In this document: one piece after another, positions 10,901-20,800 of the stretch
Layout of the letters: each line of letters begins with the position of its first letter
Numbering within the stretch: position 1 is the first letter of the stretch
NCBI GenBank assembly: GCA_963732385.1
Contig: CAVSZB010000005.1
Coordinates: forward strand, 192,001-256,000
Direction of reading: 5' to 3'
Length of the DNA stretch: 64,000 nt
Source of the DNA: an uncultured bacterium
GTDB lineage: Bacteria > Krumholzibacteriota > Krumholzibacteriia > LZORAL124-64-63
The notes under the pieces: model-generated
What the model saw: the letters and a program-made list of their open reading frames with translations, nothing else
What the model was told of the DNA's origin: nothing
The model's database searches: none
Position numbers and translations under genes: made by a program

Positions 10901-10996
10901 GAACCAAGGGGTCTCGTGCGGCGCACGGGCGGGAAACCGAATCTCGTCCTGGGGAGCAGGCCGACGGTTTCTGGAAGCATGACTTCGCGTAGTCAT
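7937..10996 (-). CDS. Large secreted beta-propeller (BNR/sortilin/GH74-like) protein with C-terminal FlgD-Ig-type domain; low GC
   Basis: Asp-box motifs RTDDFGLTW and VSQDGGESW; GGDMCG, DPHDPDRLY and GTSGIGLW blade motifs; C-terminus IYDVRGR..WDGRNDAG..ASGVYFAR. Start uncertain; the ATG at 10996 has an AGGGAG RBS. Confidence 0.72.
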   Translation of the reverse strand: MTTRSHASRNRRPAPQDEIRFPARAPHETPWFAMLHQSLALLLSVALIMLMNNWTNAALPMQAKGMAGSGWLQGGCFHPTNHNIMLVGGDMCGSMYRTDDFGLTWRQWSQGLHNNDWENTQYIDDIEPVILKDGSVKFFAATAGGVYARPDLGTSSWSWCTQYSYADTMAEFPLAYFTTDFAWVPHRQAIPFATLDWNGGNILYAGAGRVRYSDDSYETTFFPGCPLDTTKPGCITAPHSVWAYNVNQSSAIWTPLGDSSAFGAIRDISVTRIKNVDYVVVAARNGIYLYSAKAKLWRALHDNPLTGAALPSLNYGTPGAGLLSAWSVHLTKRGDLYVAMQKLGTDLAGGVYCMHGAISNPDAQWQYADDGANIPEFGESLWSVAIDGAQPYSLAVPQLIYMTVEERTDRDIIYVGDRGASYGLFKGVNMLDPEAFGAVSWENQIYGNNNSWVPASFESELGWLNFWGATVIFHPMLYPAISGSPTYLGMQMNARFHVSQDGGESWINAYCDGGDGHWTNRGYSQLCVANTAFMPDGVCVYTAADVGMFRTTSATQDSSVLFMPEVDNAATATDIKAASRNTYDVAVRPYWHSNIYHAIFATFTQWATTPTALSKLMMYKESEYITPEWVNVSARAPTEGAYKWYGMAFVNDDTLFVTFKRLGDNACGVYRVTYNALKGIWDWNDFTGNLDNDMAGGDNLLKDLPHELLFNSYGGRRLFLASGLGGTSGAPNVGGIWMLEDFVNPTWVRVFFDNIGFQRNVWSLAQSADGSRLYGGAGGYQGGYGGVVKCLDPSQASDPSQWLVLTESTGFAWGTNPPIWQADAPYYDFANRGMEMRALVVDPHDPDRLYAGLSGYGYSHSKGVWICNGTTWSFASESEDYIGMNVLSLNFNPYVDGQLVMGTSGIGLWRNDVVPATMVAKTMDSDALKTAGPTIMSFSKAGPRSLRYKLSRQAIVEMTIYDVRGRSVRKVNCGEMACGEYVWLWDGRNDAGQGAASGVYFARMRAAGENAASKFMLIR

Positions 10997-11800
10997 AGAA
11001 TTCTCCCTGGTTTGAGGATTACGAGGGGCAGCGTACGAGATGGCTGGCAAGTCCTGACGTGGGACTTGTATATCGGCCTGACGCGGCCAAATGCGACCGT
11101 CCGGTCGCTGGGCGATCTGTTCCCTGGCAGGCGCCGTGAAGGGGCGCGCGGACTGTCGACACATTTCTTTTGCTCATCTGGCAAAGCACGGGCACGGAAA
11201 CGTAGCGCGGGAATTCTGGAGACTGCCGTCACCATAAGGATGGTGCTGAAATCTCCGCAATCGGGATATATTGCAGGGAATATGATGTGCGTATCGCATG
11301 AAAAAGAACGAACGGTTCTCCGAGCCGAGTGAGGGGCGGCAAACGGGCCTGTTCTCCGCTGAAATTTCTGCTGCATCTTCACGAGGCGACTGGCAAGAAC
11401 AGGCAAAGCAGCAGTATGGGGTAACAGATCGACGACCACGTGGCGCTCCCTGAAGGCAAGTACCGCTGGGCGTAATCGAAATGTAAGGCGAGGGGATTAG
11501 GGGAGTGTCATGAATCGGCAATGAAACGTCAAGGAGGTTATTGCTGAAGCGGATGTTCTGGTACAGCATGAATGGCACGAGAAGGCGACCAGGAAATCGC
11601 GGCGGCAGTTGGAGCAGTAACCGCAGGCAACCCCGTGAGCAAAGATGCCGCAAGTATCACGTCGTCGTGAGAGTTGTGCCGGCGCAAGTGGTCTGCTGAA
11701 GCTGCCGTCCGGAAAACGCCCGTTCCGTCGCCTGGATCGACCCGGTTGTCATATTACTATGCTGCCTGTGCGGCGGGCGCCGCTGGCGTGAGCGCTCCGT

Positions 11801-12394
11801 TCAGGCCCGCGTGACGACGAAATCGACGCAGGCGCCATCGGGTACCGGGACGCCCGGCGCGCAGCGGTAGGTGCCGAGCCCGTCGGGGTACGGCTGGTCC
11901 GCACAGGTCAGATCCATCAGGGCCGCAGCCATGCCGCGCAACAGCGCCGCCTGGGGACGGACATCGGCGTCGCGTTTCTCCGGGCCTCCCGCGGGAGCGC
12001 ACGACGCGCGCAGGGACAACTGCTCGCGCGGGGTGAACGCCACGATTTCCGCCTCCGGCCAGCCGCAGGCGGCGAACACGACACACGCCCCCGCCAGCAG
12101 ATCGTCGGGCAGACGAACCAGGTTCGGCGCCACCGATTCCAGCCAGGTGTCCGAGGTGAGGATGCCGTAGCCGAGGTGATAGCCCGACTCCTGGGCCGAG
12201 CCGACCAGCAGCTCTTCCGCGTCCGTTTCGAGATTCCCGCCGACCGCGTCGAGCAGACGAGCGGCGAAGCCGTGCCAGAGATCGGCCGGCAGGCGGGTGA
12301 GCGGGATGCCGAAGGCGGCGATGAGGCCGTCTTCATCCTCGCCGACCTGGGTCCGCGTGAACCCGGCCGCCACGCGTTTGCGATCGTCGCTCAT
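11801..12394 (-). CDS. V4R/HNOX-fold-like protein
   Basis: GLIAAFGIPL, ESGYHLGYGI and ACGW pattern of V4R-like proteins; GGGAGG RBS before the ATG at 12394. Confidence 0.6.
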   Translation of the reverse strand: MSDDRKRVAAGFTRTQVGEDEDGLIAAFGIPLTRLPADLWHGFAARLLDAVGGNLETDAEELLVGSAQESGYHLGYGILTSDTWLESVAPNLVRLPDDLLAGACVVFAACGWPEAEIVAFTPREQLSLRASCAPAGGPEKRDADVRPQAALLRGMAAALMDLTCADQPYPDGLGTYRCAPGVPVPDGACVDFVVTRA

Positions 12395-12404
12395 GCGCCC
12401 TCCC

Positions 12405-12941
12405 CTACTTGATCGCGGCCTGGAAAACCGAGGCCTCGTCGCCGCAAGCCAGCGAGGCGCACTCCTCGACGGAAAACAGACCGGGCGGCAGGTCACTCAC
12501 CAGGGCCGCCACCGCGGCCACGAATCCACGTCCGATATGGTTGACCGGCGCGTCTGGGCGTCCCCAGCGGCGCACCCAGCAGATGTCCACGAGTGAGCGA
12601 TCCATGACCGCCGTCAGGCGGTCGGGCCCGACTGCGGAGAACTCCACCCGTCCCATGCCGGCGCGGCGCCACGCCTCGCGGGCGACCGCCAGCCGCTCCT
12701 CCGTGGAGCGGGCTCCGTGCTCCCGGCAGTGTCGGTCGAGCTGCCGATAGAAGGCGTTCTCGGCCGCCTCGCCCAGCAACCGGGGGCCGTCGCAACGGGC
12801 CGTGTCCAGGGCGAGCTGGGTGCACAGGAGAGCGTAGTGATAGGGGTGCAGGACGGCTCCGGTCAGGTCGGCGCGGACCGATCCGCGCGACACCTCCGGG
12901 GTCTGCTCGACGACGAATCCGGCCAGCCGCTCCCCCGCCAT
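12405..12941 (-). CDS. V4R (4-vinyl reductase) domain protein
   Basis: GMGRVEF, RGFVAA and VEECASLACGDEASVF resemble the V4R C-terminal motif; AGGAGG RBS. Confidence 0.65.
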   Translation of the reverse strand: MAGERLAGFVVEQTPEVSRGSVRADLTGAVLHPYHYALLCTQLALDTARCDGPRLLGEAAENAFYRQLDRHCREHGARSTEERLAVAREAWRRAGMGRVEFSAVGPDRLTAVMDRSLVDICWVRRWGRPDAPVNHIGRGFVAAVAALVSDLPPGLFSVEECASLACGDEASVFQAAIK

Positions 12942-12950
12942 GTCGTCCTC

Positions 12951-13139
12951 CTAGAGCGCCACTTCCCGCTTGATGACGGCGCGCAGCGCTTCGCGCATCC
13001 GGGCGAGTTCCTCGGGGTGATCGGGCGCGGCCCGGGCCGCCGCAGCGGTCAGGCCGAGCCGGAGCGCCAGGCGCCGACGGGCCCGTTCTCCGCCCGCCTC
13101 CTGCGCCGCCAGGAATCCCCGCGCCAGCCTGTCTCCCAT
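12951..13139 (-). CDS. Small (62 aa) hypothetical protein, first gene of the V4R module
   Basis: MGDRLARGFLAAQEAGGERARRRLALRLG...PDHPEELARMREAL; GGAGG RBS; 9 nt upstream of the next gene. Confidence 0.6.
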   Translation of the reverse strand: MGDRLARGFLAAQEAGGERARRRLALRLGLTAAAARAAPDHPEELARMREALRAVIKREVAL

Positions 13140-13506
13140 GCTCGCCTCCCGGACGCCGCCCCGACGGTGACGCCCCGACCGTGACCCGTCAGCGGGCGTT
13201 TGCAAGACCAGGGCCAGCACCCACCCGACGGTGACGGGGTGCAGTTGCGGACAGGGTGTTGTTATTGAACATCTTACTGGCCTCCAGACGCCCTGGCCCG
13301 CCGGCGCGGACCATCCCCTGCCGGAAGTTTCCGCCACGCCACGGACGGACTTGCCGCGCCAGCCTGCCGACGCGGCGGGCGGGCAGACCTCGCGCACCTT
13401 TATAGTGGAGGGAACATTGGGCAGATGAATCCGTATGTTCTTCCCGTTCCCGGTCCCTCACCATCCCAGCCTCGATTCAGCCGACAAACGCGGAAGGTCG
13501 CCACGT

Positions 13507-14688
13507 ATGCCACGAACCGACGCTGCACGCCGCCGACAGCGGTTTCCTGTACCGATCGCTCTGACGATGATGCTTTTGCTGCTTCTTCTGGCAGGACTCA
13601 CCCTGCCGGGGTGCGGCGGGAACAAGGGCCAGGCCGCCTCCGCCACGCAGGGCGCCGGGCAGCCGGCAGCGGGCGCCGGCAACGTCGATGGCGCCCCGGC
13701 CCAGCCACCGGCGCCGGTGGCTGTGATGCCGGCCACGATCGGCCCGATCGCCAGCCACTACGCCACCACCGCCACGCTCGAGGCCGAAAAGGAGGCCGAG
13801 GTGCTGGCGCGCGTGGCCGGGGTCGTGAAGTCGCTCGCCTGCGAGGAGGGCGACTTCGTGCGCGAGGGGCAGGCGCTGCTGGCGATCGAGAACGACGAGT
13901 ACCGTTTGCGGGTCGACCAGATGGTCGCCCGGCGGGCCGAACTGGCCGCCCGCTTCGCGCGGGTCAGCGATATGATGGCGCAGCAGCTCGTCACCGAGGA
14001 GGAGTTCCAGAAGGCGAAGGCCGACCTGGCTGGCGCGGAGGCGGACGAGGGGCTGGCGCGTCTGAACTACTCCTACACGACCGTGACCGCGCCATTCTCA
14101 GGTCGGGTGGTGCGACGCCTCGCGAACGTCGGCCAGAACCTCGCCATCGGCGCGCCGCTGTTCGGGCTGGCCGACATGGACCCGCTGCTGGCGCGCGTGC
14201 ACGTGCCGTCGAAGGAGTTCCGCAAGCTGCGGCCGGACCAGCCGGTCGAACTGGTGCTCGACAGCAGCGACGAGCGCTTCACCGGGCGCATCAAGCTGGT
14301 CAGTCCGATCATCGACCCGCAGAGCGGCACGATCAAGGTCACGGTGGAGATCGCCGCGTACCCGGCCGGCACGCGTCCCGGCGACTTCGCGCGCGTGCGC
14401 ATCGTTACCGACCAGCGGCCCGCCGCCACGCTCGTGCCCAAACTGGCCGTCTTCTCGGAGAAGGGCGAGGACATCCTCTTCGTGGCCAAGGACGGCCTCG
14501 CCGAGCGCCGCTCGGTGACCCTCGGCTTCACCGACGACGAACTGGCCGAGATCACGGCGGGCGTGCAGCCGGGCGAACTGGTCGTGGTGAAGGGGCAGCG
14601 CTCGCTCAAGCAGGGGGCCCCCCTGAAGATTCTGGACGACGAGCCGGCCGCCGCGCCCGACTCCGTCACGCTGCGGACGGACTCCTGA
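13507..14688 (+). CDS. RND efflux periplasmic adaptor (MFP) subunit, lipoprotein
   Basis: LPGC lipobox-like segment; EEGDFVREGQAL biotinyl-like motif; TVTAPFSGRV; IDPQSGT. Start uncertain (13435 or 13507). Confidence 0.9.
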   Translation: MPRTDAARRRQRFPVPIALTMMLLLLLLAGLTLPGCGGNKGQAASATQGAGQPAAGAGNVDGAPAQPPAPVAVMPATIGPIASHYATTATLEAEKEAEVLARVAGVVKSLACEEGDFVREGQALLAIENDEYRLRVDQMVARRAELAARFARVSDMMAQQLVTEEEFQKAKADLAGAEADEGLARLNYSYTTVTAPFSGRVVRRLANVGQNLAIGAPLFGLADMDPLLARVHVPSKEFRKLRPDQPVELVLDSSDERFTGRIKLVSPIIDPQSGTIKVTVEIAAYPAGTRPGDFARVRIVTDQRPAATLVPKLAVFSEKGEDILFVAKDGLAERRSVTLGFTDDELAEITAGVQPGELVVVKGQRSLKQGAPLKILDDEPAAAPDSVTLRTDS

Positions 14689-17600
14689 TGCGCTGGCTGA
14701 TCGAGACCGCGGTCCGGCGCCGGGTGAGCGTGGCGATGACCGCGCTCGCCATCGTCGCCTTCGGGCTCGTGGGGTACAAGCGACTGGCCCTCGAGCTGTT
14801 CCCGGACATCACCTATCCCTCGCTCACCGTCCAGACGGAGTTCCCCGACACGGCGCCGCCCGAGGTCGAGAACCTGATCACGCGGCCGGTCGAGGAGACG
14901 GTGGGCGTGCTGAGGGGACTGCAGTCGATCCACTCCGTGTCGCGTCCCGGCTTGTCCGAGGTGACCCTGGAGTTCGACTGGGGTTCGGACATGGACATGC
15001 TGTCGATGGAGGTGCGGGAAAAACTCGACCGCCTGATCCTGCCGGTCGAGGCCGAGAGCCCGGTCGTCCTGCGCTTCGATCCCTCGCTCGACCCGATCAT
15101 CCGGGTCGCCCTCTCCGGCCCCGGCGACCTGACCGCGCTGCGCCGCCTCGCCGAGCGGCAGATCAAGCAGGATCTCGAGACCGTGAAGGGGGTCGCCGCG
15201 GCGAAAGTGAAGGGTGGCCTGGAAGAGGAGATCCAGATCGACGTCGACCAGAACCGGCTGGCGGCGCTGGGCATCCCGCTCGACCGCGTGCGCCAGGTGG
15301 TCGGTGTTTCGAACGTGAATCTGCCCGGCGGCGCCCTGCGCGGTCGCGACAGCCAGTACCTGATCCGCACCGTCAACGAATTCGACTCGATCGAGGAAAT
15401 CGCCGGCCTGATCATCCAGGAGCGTGACGGAGCCACGGTCCGCCTCGGCGAGGTGGCCGCCGTGCGACGCGGCGCGCGCGAGCGCGAGGAGATCACCCGC
15501 GTCAACGGTCGCGAGGCCGTGGAGATCGCCATCTACAAGGAGGGCGACGCAAACACGGTCACTGCCGCGCGCCTCATCCAGGCGCGGCTGGACCAGTGGC
15601 GCGGCAAACTGCCGGAAGGCCACCAGCTGACCATCCTGTTCGACCAATCTCATTTCATCAAGCGCGCGCTGGACGAGGTGCGCAGTTCCGCCCTGCTGGG
15701 CGGACTGCTGGCGATCATGGTCCTCTACGCATTCCTGCGCGACGCGCGCAGCACGCTCATCATCGCCACCTCGATCCCGCTGTCGGTGATCGCCACGTTT
15801 GTGATGATGTACCGCCTGGACCTCTCCCTTAACGTGATGTCGCTGGGCGGCCTGACGCTCGGCATCGGCATGCTGGTAGACAATTCGATCGTCGTGCTGG
15901 AGTCGATCTTCCGCAAGCGGCAGGCCGGGCTCGGGCTGCGCGCCGCCGCCGTGTCCGGCGCGCACGAGGTGGGAGCCGCCGTGATCGCCTCCACGCTGAC
16001 GACCGTGGCGGTGTTCGTGCCGATCGTCTTCGTGGAGGGGGTGGCGGGCCAGCTGTTCAAGGACCAGGCGCTGACGGTGACCATCAGCCTGCTCGCCTCG
16101 CTGGTCGTCGCGCTGACTTTGATCCCGATGCTCGCGGCGGTCGGGCGCGGACGCGCCGGTGGGCCCGGGCTAGAGATCGCGGAACCGCCCGAGTCGGCCG
16201 CGCGCATGACCCTGGGACGCTTTTCGCGCTGGTACGACGGGGTGGTGCGCGCCGCCGTGGCGCGTCGCGGCCTCACGCTGGCCCTCGCGTTCGGACTGTT
16301 CGCCGCCGCGCTCTTCTCGTTGCGCTGGCTGGACACCGAACTGATCCCGCCCCTGAGCGAGGGCGAGTTCCTCTTCGAGGCGAGCCTGCCCGAGGGCTCG
16401 TCGCTCGCGGCGACCGACCGCACGGTGCGCTTCATGGAGGAGCGCGCCGACGCGGAGCCGGGCATCGAGCGCAGCTACGCCTCGGTCGGCAGCCGGCTGG
16501 TCGCGGGCGGCATGTCGCTCAATCCGAAGGCCGAGAACCTGGCCCAGCTCAACCTGGTGATGAAGGACCGCGGCGATGCCGAGGTCGAGGCGCTCGCGAT
16601 CGAATCGCTGCGCGCCCAGTTCACCCGGATCCCCGACCTCGACGTGCGGTTCGGCCGCCCGACCTACTTCAGCCTGCGCACCCCGATCGAGGTGGTGCTC
16701 TACGGCGACGATCTCGGCGGGCTGCGGGACTATTCGCTGGAACTGGCGCGCGCGCTCGAGCGCGTGCCGGGGCTCGTGGACATCCGCTCGTCGCTCGAGG
16801 CGGGCAATCCGGAGCTGCAGGTGATCTTCGACCGCGAGCGCCTGGCGGCGCTCGGCCTCGACCTCGGCACGCTCTCCGAGACCCTGAGGAACCGGGTGCA
16901 GGGGGTCGTGCCGACCCGTTTCAAGGAGGACGACCGCCAGATCGACATCCGCGTGCGCAACGCCGAGCCGGACCGCCGCACCCTCGAGGACGTGCGCAAC
17001 CTGGTCCTGCCCGGCCCGGACGGCCGGCCGATCCGCCTGCTTTCCGTGGCGACCGTGCAGCCGGACCGCGGGCCGGCCGAGATCCACCGCCTGCAACAGC
17101 AGCGCGCCGCGGTCATCACCGCCAACCTGCAGGACCGCGGCCTTGGCGCCGCCGTCCGCGACGTGGAGTCGGTGCTGGCCCGCACCCCCTTGCCGCGCGG
17201 CATCACCACGGAGATCGGCGGCCAGAACCGCGAAATGCAGGTCAGCTTCAACAGCCTGCGCTTCGCGCTGATCCTCGCCATCTTCATGGTCTACCTCGTG
17301 ATGGCCTCGACGTTCGAGTCGCTGGTCCATCCGTTCATCGTGCTGTTCACGATCCCGCTGGCGCTGATCGGCGTGGTCTTCGGCCTGCTCGTCACGCACA
17401 CGACGGTCACCGTGATCGTGCTCATTGGCGTGATCATGCTGACCGGCATCGTCGTGAATAACGCGATCGTCCTGATCGACTGCGTGAATCGCCTGAGGCG
17501 CGAGGGAATGGACAAGCTGGAAGCGGTGGTGCGGGCGGGACACATCCGGCTGCGCCCCATCCTGATGACCACGCTGACCACGGTGCTTGGCCTGCTGCCG

Positions 17601-17798
17601 ATGGCGATCGCCTGGGGAGAGGGGTCCGAACTGCGGGCGCCGCTGGCGATCACGGTGCTGTTCGGACTGGCGCTGGCCACGCTGCTGACGCTGGTGGTGA
17701 TCCCGGCGGCGTACATGCTGGTGCCGTCGCGGGTGGAGGCCGAGGAGCGCCCGGCGGAGCCGGCGCGGCCGTCTCCGGCCCGACCGGAAACGGCCTGA
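14688..17798 (+). CDS. RND efflux permease subunit 1 (AcrB/MdtB-like)
   Basis: MRWLIETAVRRRV start overlaps the MFP stop (TGATG); GMLVDNSIVVLE, GIVVNNAIVL and RLRPILMTTLTT. Confidence 0.93.
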   Translation: MRWLIETAVRRRVSVAMTALAIVAFGLVGYKRLALELFPDITYPSLTVQTEFPDTAPPEVENLITRPVEETVGVLRGLQSIHSVSRPGLSEVTLEFDWGSDMDMLSMEVREKLDRLILPVEAESPVVLRFDPSLDPIIRVALSGPGDLTALRRLAERQIKQDLETVKGVAAAKVKGGLEEEIQIDVDQNRLAALGIPLDRVRQVVGVSNVNLPGGALRGRDSQYLIRTVNEFDSIEEIAGLIIQERDGATVRLGEVAAVRRGAREREEITRVNGREAVEIAIYKEGDANTVTAARLIQARLDQWRGKLPEGHQLTILFDQSHFIKRALDEVRSSALLGGLLAIMVLYAFLRDARSTLIIATSIPLSVIATFVMMYRLDLSLNVMSLGGLTLGIGMLVDNSIVVLESIFRKRQAGLGLRAAAVSGAHEVGAAVIASTLTTVAVFVPIVFVEGVAGQLFKDQALTVTISLLASLVVALTLIPMLAAVGRGRAGGPGLEIAEPPESAARMTLGRFSRWYDGVVRAAVARRGLTLALAFGLFAAALFSLRWLDTELIPPLSEGEFLFEASLPEGSSLAATDRTVRFMEERADAEPGIERSYASVGSRLVAGGMSLNPKAENLAQLNLVMKDRGDAEVEALAIESLRAQFTRIPDLDVRFGRPTYFSLRTPIEVVLYGDDLGGLRDYSLELARALERVPGLVDIRSSLEAGNPELQVIFDRERLAALGLDLGTLSETLRNRVQGVVPTRFKEDDRQIDIRVRNAEPDRRTLEDVRNLVLPGPDGRPIRLLSVATVQPDRGPAEIHRLQQQRAAVITANLQDRGLGAAVRDVESVLARTPLPRGITTEIGGQNREMQVSFNSLRFALILAIFMVYLVMASTFESLVHPFIVLFTIPLALIGVVFGLLVTHTTVTVIVLIGVIMLTGIVVNNAIVLIDCVNRLRREGMDKLEAVVRAGHIRLRPILMTTLTTVLGLLPMAIAWGEGSELRAPLAITVLFGLALATLLTLVVIPAAYMLVPSRVEAEERPAEPARPSPARPETA

Positions 17799-17811
17799 GG
17801 GGGGCCGCGAC

Positions 17812-20800
17812 ATGATGACCCTGCCCGAGCTCGCCATCAGGCGCCACATCACGACGCTCATGATCCTGGTGAGCCTGGTCGTGCTCGGCACGGTAGCGCT
17901 CATCCGGCTGCCGCTGGCGTTCATGCCGGAGGTGCAGCAGCCGTTCCTCTTCGTCAACCTGCCGTGGGCGAACGCCTCCCCCGAGCAGACCGAGCGCATG
18001 GTCGTGCGCCCGGTCGAAGACGCGCTAGGCTCCGTAAAGGGACTGCGCAGGATGTGGTCGGGCTGCGACGATTCGGGCGGCAACGTGCGCCTGGAGTTCG
18101 ACTGGGCCACCAATATGCAGCTCGCGCGCGTGGAGGTGTGGGAGAAGCTCGACCGCATCCGGCGCGACCTGCCCGACGACATGGGCGACATCATGGTCGG
18201 CAGCGACGGCGACGCGCGCGAGTCGGAAATCCCCATCCTCGAGGGGCGCCTCAGCAGCAAGCGTGACCTGAGCGCGAGCTACGACCTGCTCGACCGCAAG
18301 ATCGTCCGGCCGCTGGAACGCATCGCCGGGGTGGCGCGGGTGCGTCTCGACGGGGTGCGCCCCCGCGAGGTGCGCATCAACCTGCGACCGGCCGACCTCG
18401 AGCACCACCGCGTCGACGTGCGGGAAGTGGCGCGCCTGCTCTACCGCAGCAACGTCGAGCAGTCGCTGGGCCGGATCGAAGACGGCGGCACGCGCTATTC
18501 GCTGCGCACGGTCGGCGCGTTCACCAAAGTGGACGAGGTGCGCGACCTGCCGCTGCGCTCGGACGGCCTGCGCCTGCGGGACGTGGCGGACGTCCTGTAC
18601 GAGGAGCCGCCGCTCGAGTACGGCCGTCACCTCGACGGCGACTTCGCCATCGGCGTCACCGTCACGCAGGAGGCCAAGGCCAACACGGTGGAGGTGGGCC
18701 GCGAACTCGAGGAGCGGATCGCGAGGATGAGCAACGATCCGGAGCTCGAAGGGGTGAACTTCCTGGTCTGGTTCAGCCAGGGACGCGAGATCCGCAAGAC
18801 GCTGAAGGATCTTACTTTCACCGGCATCTACGGCGCGATCCTCGCCGCGGCGGTGCTGTTCGCCTTCCTGCGGCGGACCTCGACCACGCTGGTCTGCGTG
18901 GCGTGCATCCCGTTCTCGCTGATCGTCACCTGCGGCTACGTCTGGTCCCAGGGGAAGACGCTGAACACGCTCACCCTGCTCGGCCTGATCGTGGGCGTGG
19001 GCATGCTGGTGGACAACGCGGTGGTGGTGGTCGAGAACATCTTCCGCCACCGGGAGGCGGGCGCCGACCGGCGCACGGCGGCCCTCACCGGCTCGCGCGA
19101 AGTGACCGTGGCCGTGACCGCGGCGACGCTCACCTCGGTGATCGTCTTTTTGCCGATGATCTTCAACAAGCCCAGCGAGATGAACATCTACCTCAAGGAG
19201 CTCGGCATCACGGTCTGCCTGACCCTCCTGGCCAGCCTGTTCATCAGCCAGACCCTGATTCCCCTCGCCACCTCCTGGTTCATCCGCTCCGAGCCGCGCC
19301 CGCGCGGGCGCCTCATGGTCTGGCTCGAGACACACTACGTGACCCTGCTCCGCTTCAACCTGCGCCATCGCTGGCTCACGCCGATCATCGGCCTCCTGGC
19401 CGTGGCCTCTGCGATCTACCCCTTCGGGAAGATCGACAAGAACTTCGACGCCAGCCAGACCGAGCTGTTCGTGCAGGCAAACTACGACTTCAGCGAGGAG
19501 CTGAGCCTCGAGCGCAAGGAGGCGGTCGTTTCGGCGGTCGAAAAGCAGCTGGAGCCGCACCGCGCCGAGCTCATGGCGCGCTCGATCTACAGCTTCTGGA
19601 GCGACCGCTGGGCGATGACGCGCATCTACCTGAAGGAGGGCGAGGCGAAGGAGGAGAACCTGTCCCAGGTGCGGCGCAAGCTGCGCGAGGTGCTGCCCGA
19701 GATCCCCGGTGTGAAGCTGGAGGTCCAGGAGACGGCGCAATTCTGGCGACCGGACCGCAGCAAGCGCGTGGCGTTCCAGCTGGTCGGACCGGACTCCGAG
19801 ACGCTGGCGGATCTGGCCGCGCAGGCCAAGGAACGGTTGAGTGAGATCCCGGGCCTCGTCGACGCCTTCGCCAGCGACCAGGAAGGGCAGCAGGAACTGC
19901 ATGTGGAGCTGGACCGCGACCTGTCGGCCCGCTACGGCCTGACGCCGGCCGACATGGCCGAGGCGGTCGGCCTCACCTACCGCGGCCGACGGCTGCCGCG
20001 GTTCCGCGCCGAGGACGGCGAGCGTGAGATGCGCCTGACCCTCGACGAGCGGCGCGACGCCACCATGGCGCAGCTGGCCAACCTGCCGATGTGGACGGAA
20101 GGCGGGAGCAAGGTGCCGCTCGCCTCCGTGGCCACGTTCCGCCAGCTGCCGGGCTCGCGTCACATCATGCGCGACAACCGCCTCACCAGCGTCTGGGTGG
20201 GGGCCCGCTACGAGGTGGGCACGCGCGACGACTGGACCCCGAAAGTCACCGCCGCCATGAACACGATCGCCATGCCGCTTGGCTATTCCTGGACCTTCGG
20301 CCAGTGGCAGCAGCGGCAGCAGGAGAAGTCGCAGGAGTTCCTGATCAACCTGCTGCTGGCGCTGCTGCTCGTGTTCGCGGTGATGGCGGGGCTGTTCGAG
20401 TCGGTGACGCAGGCGGTGTCGCTCATGGTGGCCCTCCCGTTCGCGCTTGCGGGAGCCGTCTGGACACTTTTCCTCACCGGAACCGATTTCGATTCGCCCG
20501 CCTCGGTCGGCCTGCTGCTGCTGATCGGCATCGTCGTCAACAACGGCATCGTGATGATCGAGCACATCAACACCTACCGCCGTAGCGGCATGCCGCGCGA
20601 AGAGGCGATGGTGCTGGGCGGCCGGGAGCGGCTGCGCCCCATCGTCATGACCGCCCTCACCACCCTGTTCGGCCTGGTGCCGATGGCGATCCAAAAACCT
20701 TCGCTGGGCGGGGTCTACTACTACTCGATGGCCCTCGTGATCATGGGCGGCCTGACGGTCTCCACCTTCCTGACCTCCGTCCTGCTGCCGACGACCGCAT

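Noticed and set aside
11000..11760. ORFs or a c-di-GMP-like RNA in the low-GC intergenic region
   Set aside because: The ORFs lack motifs and RBSs; the GGCAAA/GAAA fragments are on the wrong strand and do not form the two-stem consensus.
13425..14687. 1457-aa RND ORF with a 421-aa N-terminal extension
   Set aside because: The extension is an alternative frame over the MFP gene; the real start is the ATG at 14688 (TGATG coupling).
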